Positions 13,461 to 27,500 of a stretch of 64,000 nt of DNA are shown one piece after another; position 1 is the stretch's first letter; each line of letters starts with the position of its first letter. A program made the position numbers and the translations under genes. Source of the stretch: Tubiluchus corallicola (Eukaryota; Animalia; Priapulida); contig JAQGDQ010000214.1 of the NCBI GenBank assembly GCA_030141605.1, forward strand, positions 310,001 to 374,000, given 5' to 3'. The notes beneath the pieces are model-generated. The model worked only from the letters and a program-made list of their open reading frames with translations. It was not told the DNA's origin and did no database searches.

Positions 13461-13619
13461 CCCAAAAAATGGGCTAATCAAAAGCATTTAAAATGCAGCA
13501 TAAACCAAACCTATATTTAGCAACAAAAAAATTACCGGTTATTTACAGTAGGAGTTTCATACAAAGTGTCTAAAACGGAAAAGCGGGAAGAAGTTAATGA
13601 CTAATCCTAATTACATTAC

Positions 13620-13760
13620 CTACCAAACTTTCAGTTGGTACTCGGCACACTCAGCAGAATGACCAAATTTTAGCAACATCCAATAGCAAAACAGTCGAAA
13701 CTGAAAAGTAAAAAATGTAAATTGTCCATTACAGCATTTCTCGCGACACGATCGCAATGA
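13620..13760 (-). promoter_or_regulatory. Probable DNAJC7 promoter / non-coding first exon with a TCTCGCGA motif
   Basis: Minus-strand donor TAG|GTAATG at 13619; TCTCGCGA (core of the TCTCGCGAGA housekeeping-promoter motif) at 13739-13746; a second UTR-exon donor AG|GTAAGT at 11650. Inference only. Confidence 0.35.
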
Positions 13761-13808
13761 GTACATGTACATACTGCATAGACTTATCCGTATATGTACT
13801 ATTTGGAA

Positions 13809-14168
13809 GAGGGTTGATCATTTTCCACCAGGAAGCGAACTCGAATCAAGCCAAATTTCAGCATTTGAATCGAATTGGAATTCAAATTTTAAAGATTTTC
13901 GATTTACTAATAAAAAGCAATCTCATAAAAATCACGTATATTACTTGATTTTATTCTGCAGTAAAAACACTAATAATTTAAAATTGTGTACAGAAATCGT
14001 AGCCAAAATGTGCTCATTAAAACGGTGTTTCAAACGTTTTAATGATAAAGAACTTATGCACTTAAAGCACTAAATTATTTAAAATTATGATTTAAATTCA
14101 AATTGAATTTGAGCTAAAACAGGTTGTTTAAATCGAAATCGACCTCGAACATTCCATGTCTAACCCCA
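13809..14168. mobile_element. hAT-like MITE family B, copy 1
   Basis: GGGTTGATCAT...AGCGAACTCGAATC...TTCTGCAGTAAAAACACT...TGTTTCAAACGTTTTAATGATAA...CTAACCCC; colinear with 27439-27750 and 38560-38893. Confidence 0.65.
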
Positions 14169-15244
14169 TAATTAGAAATTCTCATGTCATTGCAGTAAAA
14201 TTTGAACGATTTTTAAAATTTAAACTAAATAAGTAAACTTCTGCACATTCATTTTCAGATGGATGATGTAAAAACAAAAAAATTCAATGTGTCATTGGGT
14301 AAACACCATCCATCCAGGAAAAGAAATATCAACTAAAATAAAAATAAAGGTGGCACAAGTTAAATATAACATGGCGCATATTGTCCCAAATAACTATTAT
14401 GCAATTATCAATTAATATTTGCCTGTGTGGTGTAATTTTAGCTAAATTATTATTATCGTAAAAATTCCTGTTTTATCATAATAACAGGATTACTGGTTTA
14501 CTATGCCATTGTTAAGTATTTTTTATTAGTGCAGGTGCAATTTTGATGACATAACTATTATCACAACAATTCCTCTTTTGATCATTTTGGTTGTTAGACC
14601 AGAAAGCGAAAGCATATTGAAACGACTTTGTGACTTTTAAACAGGAATCAAACTGAATTTCGAAATTTCAAATCCGAATCGAATTCTGATTTATTTTTTA
14701 AAGATTTTTGATCAAATTATTGAGTCATTAATAAAAAGCACATTCAAAAAGATCATGAATATTGCTCAATTTTCTTCTGGATTACTGCTGCGTTTACTTA
14801 TCTGAAGGCAGGTTTCTTTTATTTTAGAATTCTAAATGCCCAATGTCTACAATAGACGTGACGGGCGTATGATGATGATGATGATGAAAAACACTAATAA
14901 TTTGATAAAAAAAATTTATACTAATTGCAGCTAAGTAGCACTGGTTTGCACAACGTTTCAAAGCTATTAACAATAAAGAACAATAAGTGTTAGTTTTGTT
15001 ATTATCGTATAAGTGCAATTTGTAATTACAAATTAAATGCGATTGATTGCGGTTAATTTGAAAATAAACCAGTAGTGAATTTAAACTTTTTATCTGCGTT
15101 GCTTTTTCAACATTTTGTCCAAATTATTGTTTATTGCGTATAGTGCAATACTTGTAAGCCGGTTTTCATGAAACGAGTTTTAGTTATTGTTTTAACAAAT
15201 TTTATTCATTTGTACTATTATATTTTTTACATAAAGAACAGACG

Positions 15245-18200
15245 ATGCAAGAAATTGTGGCACCAGTTGATCATATAAAATTTGACTTAGAGGTTGCACT
15301 GGAGCAGCAGCTTGGTGCTCAACCTTTACCGTTCCCTGGAATGGATAGTAAGCATTTACTCTAAACTTAAAATAGATGTAGCGTATCAATATTTCGTTAG
15401 CCGTGTAAGCCGAAGGTCCCTGGTTCAAGTGTAGGTGTTCTCTCATCTCACATTTCTTGTTTGGTATCAAAATTTAATTCTGTTATAGTAAAACTGAGAT
15501 CTGAAGAGCAGGTTTATGAGAGGTGGGTGTATCACTGATATGAGCAAATGTAGTAAGCAGCTTTATTTCACAGGTGGCCCACGGCTTCTGGCATTTAGCA
15601 TTTTCCCGAAATTTCTCTTCGGTTTTTCCACAGATTTTCCCACCAAACAGGAAAACCTACCAGCAGCGCTTGAGGTAGATCTGTGGCTCTTTGGGAAGAG
15701 CAGCAACCAGGCTATGTGACAGTGGGTTTCTTTTGTAGATCTTTTCTAGAAAGATATTTCCTGTTTCCATATCATGTAATTCTCAGTTATGAAGCTGTAT
15801 GATGGTAGCATTGTGTGATGTCATTGCATTGTATTCTGGCTGTACTGCGCTAACATTAGTCTGCTGTTGGCTGTCAATTATATTAATGCACATGATGTCT
15901 ACATGCCGTTTCACTATCATTTTAGGTACGGTTAGCAGTAAGTATGTAGAGTGTTCACCCATTGATTATCATCAGTGGATGGGTCTGATATCGTTTGTTA
16001 TTCACATATAGTTTGACTGTGTACAAAATGTTTTTGCATTGTTTTTCTAGACTGTTGTTGTTTTCATCGTTAGTGTCACTTTGAATTGCTGTCAACAATG
16101 CTGGGATCATGAGATCCTGGCATTGTTTGCAATTTAGAAATAATTTGTGAAGTTAAGACTAAAAATTGTCTGTGACATTTTTACTTAGTGATTAACATAT
16201 CTATCGTATCTGATCTTGGAGACTAATTTTTGTTACTAGAGGTTGGTTTGTTGGGTGACAGTGCCAAGCGCCAATTCATGTTTCAACAGACTCTCACAGC
16301 TAGCCAGTGGCTTTTTGTTTTAACCAAGGTTCACAGCTGTTTAATGAATAAATAATATTGTAATTTATTCTACAGTGAAAATTTTAAACTTTAGTGTAAC
16401 TTGATGTTAGCATTTATTTATTTGTTTTAGAATCGGGATCAGGAACCTGCATATTTTTTCTTCGAAGTGCATGTAACAAAGGTGCTGCCTGTCCATTTCG
16501 TCATGTTAGCGGTGATAAAGCCATCGTCTGTAAGCACTGGCTTCGCGGTTTATGCAAGAAAGGGGACCTGTGTGAATTTTTGCACGAATATGACATGTCA
16601 AAGATGCCAGAGTGTTTTTTCTTTTCAAAATTTAGTAAGTGGTTCAACTTCTTTTTACCCTTTTCATTTAAACATAATCGATGAATTATCAGTCAGCTAA
16701 ACATATAAAGCATGATGCTTCATATTAGTAATACGAGAATGAAAATACGTGGCTTTGTCAAGTTTCTCTACCACCAACTTGCCAAATACATAAATGATGT
16801 TTACTATTGCATCTTTCATCTCTTGCCCAATAAAGACGAGTTACAGTAGGCGCCGCTTACTAGACTCACTTGGGACCAAAGTGTTTTGACCTAATTAACT
16901 GACTGATTACAGGTGCGAGTGGTATCACATTTATAATTAAAATTTTTTCAGATGCTTGTAGCAACAAAGATTGTCCGTTCCTGCACATTGATCCAGAATC
17001 TAAAGTAAAAGATTGTCCATGGTATGACAGAGGCTTCTGCAGGCACGGTGCGTAAACTACCTTTAAAGGAAAACCGGATGATTGTGTAAACACGAGTTCA
17101 GAATAAAGAATGCTCTAAAATATTGAAAACTACAATAGCTTATTTTAAATCAAAGCTTAGATTAAATAATAATTACCCCGGATACTCAAATTTCGTTAAA
17201 CTTTCAAAGCTACATGCAGCTCAGTGAATCTACTAAGATTGGCAGCGGCGCCTTTTTGTCATGTGTGCGTCGCCGACAAATAGAAGGTAGTACCGTGATA
17301 ACCATGATCATGAACTACTGTGTTAGTTTCCTGACGTCATATGACGTAGACCCCATTTTTCGTGACATCATGCATTTAAACAGTACTGTAACACCTATGC
17401 AAATGTGCTTTGACGCGCAAGGGAAGATGCCTGCAATTGCACAAACTGTGGTTAGTTTCTGACGTAAGCAGTAGCTGTGTTCGGTTGCTAATTATTCAAA
17501 TATAAGGAACAATTGTTAACTTTTATAGGCAAGAAAATGTATATTTTGGACAGAAAATTAAAATGTGATTGAGTCTAAATAGTTGTCCGGTCTTCCTTTA
17601 ATTTAATGATTTATTTGTAATACACTTGAAAAGTTATTAACTAAGAACCATCTGATTTTAAATAAAGGCATACAACTAAATTAGCTAAAAGTATAAATAT
17701 GTGTAGATCTTATAGGGAAGCTGTTACTAAATGCAGGTTGTGGTTTACTTTAGTTGATCTTCGTACGATAGATGGTGAATAATTCAAGTTATGACCTGAT
17801 CATTATTTGATATGCTCTTCTTTTTCTTGCAATCAGCAGTATGTTGTGCGCTAAAAACATGACACGAATCTGCACATATATTTGCTTTATTTTAGTAATA
17901 ACTGTATTTGGAATAACATGATTCATTGGTGATTTAGTATTAACTGTTGGCCTTTATTGAGAAAGCTTCGTGCTAGGAGTTTATTTGTTTGGTTTAGGAC
18001 CATCCTGTAGACATCGTCACATGAGGCGTGTTATGTGTGTGAATTACCTCAATGGATTCTGTCTGGAGGGAAAGAAATGCAAATATATGCAGTGAGTCCT
18101 ATAACTTTCAAATTTTGTATAATAGAATTTATATATAACCTAAGACACATAGAAATTCATTTAACAACAACTACGCAGTGAATATTGTTACAGGTTTATC

Positions 18201-20103
18201 AGATCAGAAGTTTATTTGAATTGCTACTTACTTATCAAAAATTATATAAACTAATTAAAAATGACACCATAATTCATTTCAAGTAAGTCTTTATGTATAT
18301 TGGGCGATAACTAATCACAGCTGATCTCTTTTGTTTAGTCCAAGTTTTGACGTGCCATGGCAAGATCCAGCTGGTAAAGTAATAATCTGTCATAAATGTG
18401 GTGTCCTCGGTCACAAGTCTACACACTGTCCACAGTTAATATCAGCTTCAGCATCAGAGAATGTGAGTAAATTGTTGTTAGTGATGGTGCAAACCTACAA
18501 CTAATTAAATTTGAAACTTAATCATGAAACATGGCAAATGTGAAGAAGTTTGAACATCCTGAATTTCAACCAGAGACCTGCTTAGATGCCTTGAACGCTA
18601 TACTGGGTAAGGCAATAGTCTAGTGGTCTAGAGGTCCCCGGTTCAAATACAGGCTGTATTCTAACTTTTCACATTTCTCGTTTTCTTAAATTTGGTGCCG
18701 AATTTGTGGAAAATGTATTTATTTGTAATTTTGTACCGTCAATAATACATATCTTGCTATCAAAATTATAAATAAATACTTTGTATTAAGTTTATCTGTG
18801 GCTTCAGGATTAGCATATTGGCAACTGGACTATTACTAGTTTTTCAAATTTTTAATATCTTTCAGACACTGACAGCTATGAAGCCAACAGAAAGCTCAAA
18901 TATTACTGTTCCTATAAGTACAATGCATCCGCCACGTTTCCACTCACATTATCATCCTACGCGTGGTATGTTTACGCGGTTTCCACGAGGGCATCTACGA
19001 AACACGGAGGACGTAACGTGCTTTAAGGTATTCACAATTTATTTTCTTGGTGATCACTAAATATAAAATGTTATTATTGTTTACTCAGCATAGCATACCT
19101 CCCATTTCGAGAAGTGATATCTCTGTTAACCGAGTGTCCAATTTAACAGTGTATTTGTTTGCCTTTCCTAAAGAGGCCCGAAAATAGTACTCAAGGAATT
19201 ATGGCTTTTTCAACTTTCTTTCATTATTTATATTTTATTTTATTTATTTAAAATTTTCCTCCATTTCAAATCAAGTATAAAATAATTGTTTACAAATTGC
19301 TGATGAGCTAATATTCATACATTACGTCCAAAATTGCATATGGTTGTTGTTTAATATGATGTATATGAAATGAACTAAAAGATGTCTAACAAAGTTTTGT
19401 GCAGAAAATCAACAAAGGACCTTGGACAAAATTATAATTAACTGTTTTACCATGTCAAATATGTCATTAGGCTGATAAAGAAAATCTTAGGTTTTCCAGA
19501 GGAATTGAACCCATGACTTTTGGATGTTCTAAACAGATGATGCATTTACAACAATTTAATTCCTACAGTCTCAGTCCGTAGTCTCCCACCAGGCCATTAG
19601 GATTACCTAGTTAATAAAATCCATTTTTTGGGAAAAGATATTCGGTTGTGATTGGGTCTAAGCTGCCCAGACAAAAAAAACTGCAGTTGATCTCGTTCAG
19701 TAACTGATAAGCAAATTAGTTGCAGAGTGTGCCAGTATTTATCATGTTGATGAAAGATCTGTAAACATTCAAATATGTTAACCACCTCTGTTGGTTCAGT
19801 GGCTCAGCGAGATGCATTTTGATCCTGTCACAACCATCAATACATACATAAGTACTGGGTGTTAGCCACTGAATTTAGCTGTCAGCTTGGAATTTGGAAT
19901 ATGCCAAAGTGAATACATAATAAAAGTGGCAACCTCAACAGTAAACTTTTGTTTGCTGGTACTTGTAGAAGCTTTTAATGCACATTAAACAATTTTTGTT
20001 TCAGTGTGGAGAACAAGGGCATTACGCAAATCGCTGTCCTAAGGGTCACCTAGCTTTTCTTAGTCCAGCTTTAGCTCAGACTGAGGAAATGCAGCCTTCA
20101 TAA
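15245..20103 (+). CDS. CPSF4: Cleavage and polyadenylation specificity factor subunit 4 (CPSF30/Clipper), 7 exons, about 293 aa
   Basis: Exons 15245-15347, 16431-16634, 16952-17047, 17998-18091, 18339-18462, 18866-19027, 20005-20103 (882 nt, phases consistent). Translation MQEIVAPVDHIKFDLEVALEQQLGAQPLPFPGMDKSG...VCKHWLRGLCKKGDLCEFLHEYDMSKMPEC...CPWYDRGFCRHG...CFKCGEQGHYANRCPKGHLAFLS closely matches CPSF30. Confidence 0.97.
15380..15472 (+). mobile_element. tRNA-derived SINE remnant
   Basis: B-box-like AGGTCCCTGGTTCAAG followed by TCACATTTCT...TTTGGT; a similar copy lies at 18615-18701. Confidence 0.45.
17067..17597. mobile_element. Non-autonomous TTAA-target DNA transposon (Kolobok-like, AG...CT termini)
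   Basis: TTAA|AGGAAAACCGGA ... TCCGGTCTTCCT|TTAA in CPSF4 intron 3. Confidence 0.7.
18615..18701 (+). mobile_element. tRNA-derived SINE remnant
   Basis: A-box-like TAGTCTAGTGG and B-box GGTTCAAATAC, then TCACATTTCT...TTTGGT shared with 15380-15472. Confidence 0.5.
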
Positions 20104-20458
20104 AGGAGAATTTGCTTTATATTCGAATTACTTGTTTTATTACCATGTTGTATAATGTATATATTGGACTGGCTACGTCTTCTAGGTAATTTTTGGGTTT
20201 TTAAATAACCCCATGTATTTTTGTAGCCCACTGTACATTCATGAATTTGTAATACATGGTTTCAATGATCATTAGACTATCTTGGCTATCTTGATAATAG
20301 CTCAAAGAAATTATTATTCTGCTTGTTTGTCACTAATTTACGAGGTCTTTTGTGTTAATTTCTTTAGTGAAAACTAATGTTTTTGGTCTACAATCAGTTT
20401 ACTACTCTATTCTACAAATACAACAACAACTCAGTCATACATTTAGATGTTGTTTAGT

Positions 20459-20482
20459 GTTTTATTTTCACTAAAATAAAAC
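20459..20482. promoter_or_regulatory. Back-to-back poly(A) signals: AATAAA on minus (20461-20466) and on plus (20475-20480)
   Basis: GTTTTATTTTCACTAAAATAAAAC. Each hexamer is the first canonical AATAAA downstream of the Caskin and CPSF4 stop codons, respectively. Confidence 0.55.
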
Positions 20483-21559
20483 TTAGCCCATTAATTAATT
20501 TTTTATACAAACATTGGTTGGAATAGTGTGTACAATATGCAATAATTATATGTACAACATTGTACATATTCACCAACTTGGCAGTAAATTGACAAAGATT
20601 ACAGGTCGAAACAAAATTAGAACAGGTGTGGATTATCCAACTACCGACAGGAAACAGCACAAGCAGTAACATAACAATAACGTATCAGTAACTTACAGGT
20701 TAACCATAAACAAACACGATTTATATACAAGATAGCAAAAATTAAATTAAATTGTAAAAATCACATAGATAGAAAACACAATGAAGGCAGCAGCTAGTTC
20801 AGCACTATACATTATTATTTACATTTTTAACATGTAATTCAAATTATCAGCACAACCAGTCAAATGCGCTATGTACAGTTTAAGAACAAGGTGTGTAAAG
20901 TGATTCATTATGATTAGCAATTGGCATATTGACACACAAATGCACCTTGTAATGAAAAGTAGTACGACCCAAAAATGCAATGTAAGTTAATAACCTGGGT
21001 GGATAGCATAGAAGCCAGTTCCTTTCATAGATTTAAAATTACTATCAGGTTATATTTATGCCAGAAATCATTTTATAGCATTTAAATTGTTATTAAACAT
21101 CTGAAGGATCACACTAGGACAAAACATATTGTTTCTCGAAAAGTTGTACTTGAAAAGAATCTAACTACAGCTAGCACAAAACATTGTTGGCTCATCTAAA
21201 TTTGTTATATTGAAAAAAAAAGAAAAACACTTATCACCAGACAGTGGCTTTGCTTAAGGGCCGATTTCCAAAATTTCAGGCAAAACTTGCATGTAAAAAT
21301 CGACATTTCAATAAAAAAAGGCACGTGACTTCTGCTATTTCAATATTCACTTACTATCTGAGTATCAATTGTGAGCACTCAATAAACAGAACTTGACCTA
21401 ATAGACACTGAAATAAATTCTGGAAACCAGATGCTCTTCACATGACGAAGAAAATAAAAAAATACTCGTGGAAGTTTGTTTTAAGTTTGTGCATAGAATG
21501 GTTCTAATACAGGGCCCTCAGTGAATAGGAATATACGTGCGAGTTCCCGATCATATCCT

Positions 21560-24500
21560 TTAGGCGGAAAGTTCTTCAAAGGATGACAAAGCTGCATCTA
21601 ATTCATCTGTGAGGTGGGATAACATATCACCGATATCATCCCATGCATCAAGCTTGCCTACTGACCTAAATAAAACATAGCAAGTATTAGCATTAAAAAT
21701 CGAGGCAAATAACTTAAAATAAGACCATTACAAGTTGTTGTTGCTATATAACAATTAATTTGTTAATTGGTAATGCCAGATTTAAAAAGAATAGAAAGAA
21801 AAGTAATTATTAATGGGAAGAATTCTAAAAATGGACTTCTCATCTACAAACCTGCTACGTTTTTGACCAATCGCCTGAATTGTATAACAGATAGTAATGT
21901 GAGCAGTATTGACTTTACTGTCAAAAACCATATTTGCTAAGGTTATTGAACATGCTAGAAAACACTGGAATTATGAATACAGTTAATTACAGTTACTTTC
22001 GTAGAATTTATTCCTCCCAAATATGGCAGACAGTATTAGAAAATTACCCTTGTGAAGTATTCATGACGGAATTCCGATCACCATTATCATCTTTCGCTGT
22101 GCTGTTAACAAGGTGGGGCTTAGGAGGCGGTACTTTCTTTCCTAGTGGTACTGAAAAATAATATAATTTACAACCACTTAAATAAAATATAATTTAATTC
22201 TTGAACAAGTTTTACATGAAATACTCAGCTGGCATTCAGACTCCCCAGTTAATGTGTTTCATTTGACGTAGCTTATTAGGATTGTTTTCAATAATTTTCA
22301 TACAAGAAGCCATAGTTCAATGATATGTCTTGCTAGCAGCCTATTACTGTTTATAATATGCTCTAAATTTACCTTTTGGTTTTGGTGAAGCTGTCGGGCG
22401 AGCCAGAAGGGCGGGTTTTGTTGGCACAACAGGCGGTTTCACTGGTTTGATAGTAGCACTTCCATGACCGTTAATAGGCGTAATGTCAATATCACTTATA
22501 TCTACACCGACGGCAGTCAAATCAGGTTTATTTTGTTTCTGGGCTAATTTTATTGTTCCCACGTTTTCGTTTGCAAATGGAAGCGTATTAGAGTCGGTAC
22601 TGCATATAGACAACGAAGATGTTGTCGTTTCATTGTTATGAAGTTTAGATTGTATTTCTTCTACAATGGATCCTTTGCCACTGTCTATACTGGTTAGAGA
22701 TGCGCGATCAGCACCATCACGGCTAGCGATAACGTCCAGTAATGATGAATGACATGTGCGATCAGTCGATTGATTATCACGCATAGACTTATTGCTAAAC
22801 TGAGCAGCTAGGGTTTTAACACAGGCACGTTGTTCGTGATTTTGCACTGCAGCGTCTGATTCAGAAACTTTCAGTTCAGGTTTCTGACCAAAATCCTTGA
22901 GTCGTTGTGTTTGGTCTGCAGATTCAGTTTCGGAACCAGCTAAATCACTTTTGCCAGAAATATGGCTATCCGTCCGTTTCGGAGGGGGCGGCGGGGGTTG
23001 TTTCTTTAATAAGCCTTTCAAAGGTGAAGCACAATGTCTCACAGGGGAACTGATTATATGACTATTAATTTCGTTTCGCTCAGAATTTGATTTCATATTC
23101 TCACACGAATCTTCTTCTGGTAGTATTATCATATCACTTGGCAGCTCGCGACTGCTTCTCTTCGTCTTAGCTATGATTTTTGCCACTGGTCTCGGTCGTT
23201 GAGAAATCGGAATCACGACTGCTGATGGTCGAGGAACAACAAGTTCAATCGTATTCGTACTCGGGGCGTTTTCCTCAATTTCTGGACTACTTTCATACGC
23301 CCTGTCATCAAAAATAGCGGAATGAGCCAGTTGGTTGGCTGACGAGTAACCATCATCGTCAGCACCACCGCTGCCACCACTTCCGCCGCTGCCACCGCTG
23401 GAGCGGGACATTTGACTCAAACGTCCAGAGCTAGAAATGTCCCAATCAACAGCCTGAAATAAACACATAACTAATAAAATAACTGTTTAACATACTATAT
23501 CAGATAAATTAAAAGTTATTTTATGTATGGGAGTTGCCACTAACCTCGAGGGAAGCTCGCTTGTACAAAAATCCTTCTTTAGGAGGCGACTGTTGGAAGG
23601 TTTTAAACTCCGGTACATTGACGTTTTCTGTAGATGGAGAGCTGATGGGCTTGGGCTTGGAAACTATTTTGATCTCTCCGGCAGAATAGGGTTGAATTGT
23701 CACACCATCCGTTAGCTGCAGGTTGCCTGGAACTGAAAAATTTAATTCACAATTTTAATTTTTGGAGCCCATGCAGTGACAAATTTATACCTTCATCCCC
23801 TAATTGTCGACTCCAGTACTTTAAGCACTTCGCACAGAAGATATAAGAAACCAGCTTGCAAAACTGCAACATTCATGGGAAATATCCTTCTCCCATGATG
23901 TGCATTTTTCTCGAGAAAACGATACATGTATGGTGGTACGATCATGCCAAATCAAAACAATGAGTAATGAGATATGAACTACCAAAACGTGCATTACCTT
24001 AAATGCAACCCCAAATGCCTTAAAAGATAACATGCAGTAATAATTAATCATCTGTAATAACACTAATGTCATTTAGCAGGTGTTTTCTAAATACCAGCCT
24101 GTCATTTATTCCTTTCCAAAGATTTCTATATATTAGAAAGACAGAAACTTGCAACCTAGAGATCAATTAACACTGCTATTTTATGTCTAATGAAAAAACA
24201 TTGACCTCCCACTGATGCAGGTAGCAGCAGTACTCAAACTTTATAAGAACTTGGTTTGGGCATTTATATACATATTCTTATTAATTCTTATAAAAACATT
24301 AGTTCTCAAATGAAAAAGAACGGTACATACTAGGAGAGAGACCAGAAGACAATATTTCACATGACTTTGGTCTGGACTCTGATGTTGACATTGAAGATAC
24401 TCGTTTGCCTGCCCGCAGGTCCTTCAGTCTCTTCACTGCTAACATCATTTTCTTTTGATGACCTACGAACAGACCGATAAACATCAAAATTTTGAAACAA

Positions 24501-27500
24501 AATGAGTTAAAGCAATAAGACTTAATGTCAGTAACAACAATGCGCTACATTTTACTGGAAGTTAGAGTCGCAATAATATGATGACATATCATGTTACCCA
24601 GTTTTCTGATTCCAATTTCTTCTAAGTCTTCCCAGGAGAGGTCAATTACTTGTTCCAGTGTACCATATCCCTGATTCCTCAGTGTTTCATAGTACTGACA
24701 CAGTCCCAGCACCCTTAGCCATTCTCCAATATCCTCCTGGTAAAATAATAGATGAGGCCGTGTAGTCAAAAGATCAGCTATAACTTTTTGAAAATACAAA
24801 AAAACTTCTAATGCATGTGAACATTATATGCTGGCAGTCAATACTTAGCGTATGGAACATGTTTACTTACAGGCATGTACTCTGGAATACCGTCAGGAAT
24901 GTTAAGTTTTGATATTTCAGCTTTTAACCTCTTCCTATGGCCTGGCTTTGTTATGCCTATAGCAGTCATATCCTAGAAAGTCACAAATATAAATATTATT
25001 AACTTCTTTGCATAAACCTTTAAGGGACACACGTTTAATCAGAATTTATCACATCATCCTGTTAAATACAAAAGTTTCCGCTTTATCCTATGACTGTAAC
25101 TAGGTTAGGCTAAGTACCTCTGGCGTCATTCTGGTTATTGTATGCATGTCATAACCAGTTTGCACAAAATTCTGGAAGTATTCTTCAAAACGTATATCAG
25201 CTAACCAGGAGCTCATAACTTCAGTGTCCTGTAAAAGCAGAAATCAAACTAAATGGCAAGCGTGACTGTAAAAAAGTAAGGAACATGAAAAGTAGTTAAG
25301 TGGACAGTTTATATAAAGCATTTCCACATTGACAAACAGGTTGTTAATTAGCAAAAGTGCAAAATAAGAATTTTTTGAGAAAGATACACTAATGGGGGGC
25401 ATATAATGACTTTCAGAAAATAAATCACATTTTTAGAACACAGCGTAATGGTAAAACAACAACAGCTATTATTAAACTATAGCACACTGTATGCGGAAAA
25501 CTTGGAATCTGATTTCACTCGCAGTTTCCTAGAAAACCGTGTTAGTAGAAGGAATATCAGCCGTAAAATTCTTTTAGAAAATTGAACAATTTCGTTTGAC
25601 TGAAACACAATTTATCGGCTTTAACCTTCCCTAGTGAAAACCATTTCAGATAACCGCTCACACTTAGTATCCATAATTTACCAAAGCACCACAAAAATGT
25701 AAATTTAATGTAACTCTGCTTTATTAGTATAGTTAACAGCAGCCATTTAAAAAGTTGCCGGATGAGAGCCAGACAATTGTCTACAGTATTTCACAGTTTC
25801 TTAATGTTAAATTCAGTGTCACGTGAAGAAATGCTAGCCAGAAAGGACAACATCAAGTTAGCTTACAAAATGCATTGTAATTGCTGTATTAAACGTGTAA
25901 AAACTACGATTTTTAATACCCAATTTAGAGTAGAAGATAGGTTTTTTCTAGGGTATCTAATGGCCAAGCGCAATAAATAGCCAAACCAAAGCAAGTGTGT
26001 CATAATAATAAACGAAATTCGTTAAATTTTGGTAAGCATCGAGCAACTACCTGCATGCCTGCATCAAAGAGCTCGGCTACATTGACTACACTAGAATAAC
26101 CGCTCTCTTCAAGCCTGTCCAAACTTCCCATACTTGAGCTAGAGCAACTGTGGTAACTTTGCCTGCCAGAATCGTAGCCGTGTGACAAGAGTCGATGTTG
26201 TATGCCCGTAAATGCAGCAGGCTGAAAACAGAAACAATTTATAATGATTTTCCAAAATTATAAGAGCAAGTTTCACAAGAATTGCAAAATAAGCAGATCA
26301 GAGACATTATGCATACCTACAATAAAGCAATTTACATGTAGTCCTCGAGCCAGACCCCAAAATATCACGAATTGGTACCGCCTAAAAGAACAACACCTAC
26401 CATCTAAAAGCCCTATACTTGCAAACAATGAAACCACATGACAGACCTTCTCCATTCACAGCTTAGCGGCAAGAAACACATTTCAACAAACACATTTTAG
26501 CCCTTAAAACAGATATGGTTAGCAGAACTTAAGGGTAGGGCAAGTGCAAAAATCAATTTCTCCACAACCAATGGGTCTCTTCCAACATGCGACCCCTCAA
26601 AATGTTGACCTTAGCGAGTCCTATATTTCTGTACAAGTCACATAAGGCTTGTTGGAATTTGGTCAACAATGGTCAAAAGGGATTGAATTTCAGCAAAATA
26701 ATGAAAAATTGCTCGCCTTTACACTAGAAGCACAAAACTTTGCACAAAGCAAGGACTCGTCATGTTAATTAATTATGCATATAGGGCTAATCCATAATCA
26801 TTCACTATGACTATCATTTTCAATATGGCCCCCAGTAGCTTAAGAAAGCAAGCAGTTCAGGTAATCGAAATCAGTCATCAGATTTTTTTTTAAATATTGG
26901 AGGAGGATGTATGTTGATCAGCTTTAATGGACCCCAGTTATCAGAATTTCAGAAAATCCTGGAAGATAATGTAGCTTAAATAGCTTAAGGTATGGGCCAA
27001 AGACAGATTATTTATAAGACTGCTTAAAGGAATGTAAATTTTGATGAACATGCTGAAACTGCCATTGTGTTGTTACCTACCTAACCTGTGAGAAAAGACT
27101 AAAAAGGTAGACTCAGCCGAGAGATGGCAGCCAATTTGATAATAATTCACAGACAAAACAATGAGAGATTTCGTACAAAAGTAATGATGCTAACCTTTTG
27201 GTACACTGTACTCCCGCTTCCGCTGTCTAAACTGGTTATGCTGTTTCGTTGGCTATCGGCGGGACTGTTGTCGTTGCTGGCAGCAGGACTGTTCGCTCGT
27301 TCAGCTGCCTCACGGTTAAATGGAAAGAGTGGCTGCGTTCGATCATATAACGCAGTATGTTTGTGTGGCACGTAAGGATCTGTTAAAAAAAGTAAATATT
27401 AATTTTCTTAAATAGATGTACTCAGACATAATTAGTACAGGTGAGCGTTCTCTACCAAAAAGCGAATTCGCATCGAACCAAATTTCAGTATTTGAAATTC

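Noticed and set aside
15380-18701. Functional tRNA genes at the GGTTCAA B-box motifs
   Set aside because: No complete cloverleaf or anticodon arm; the shared downstream body points to SINE remnants.
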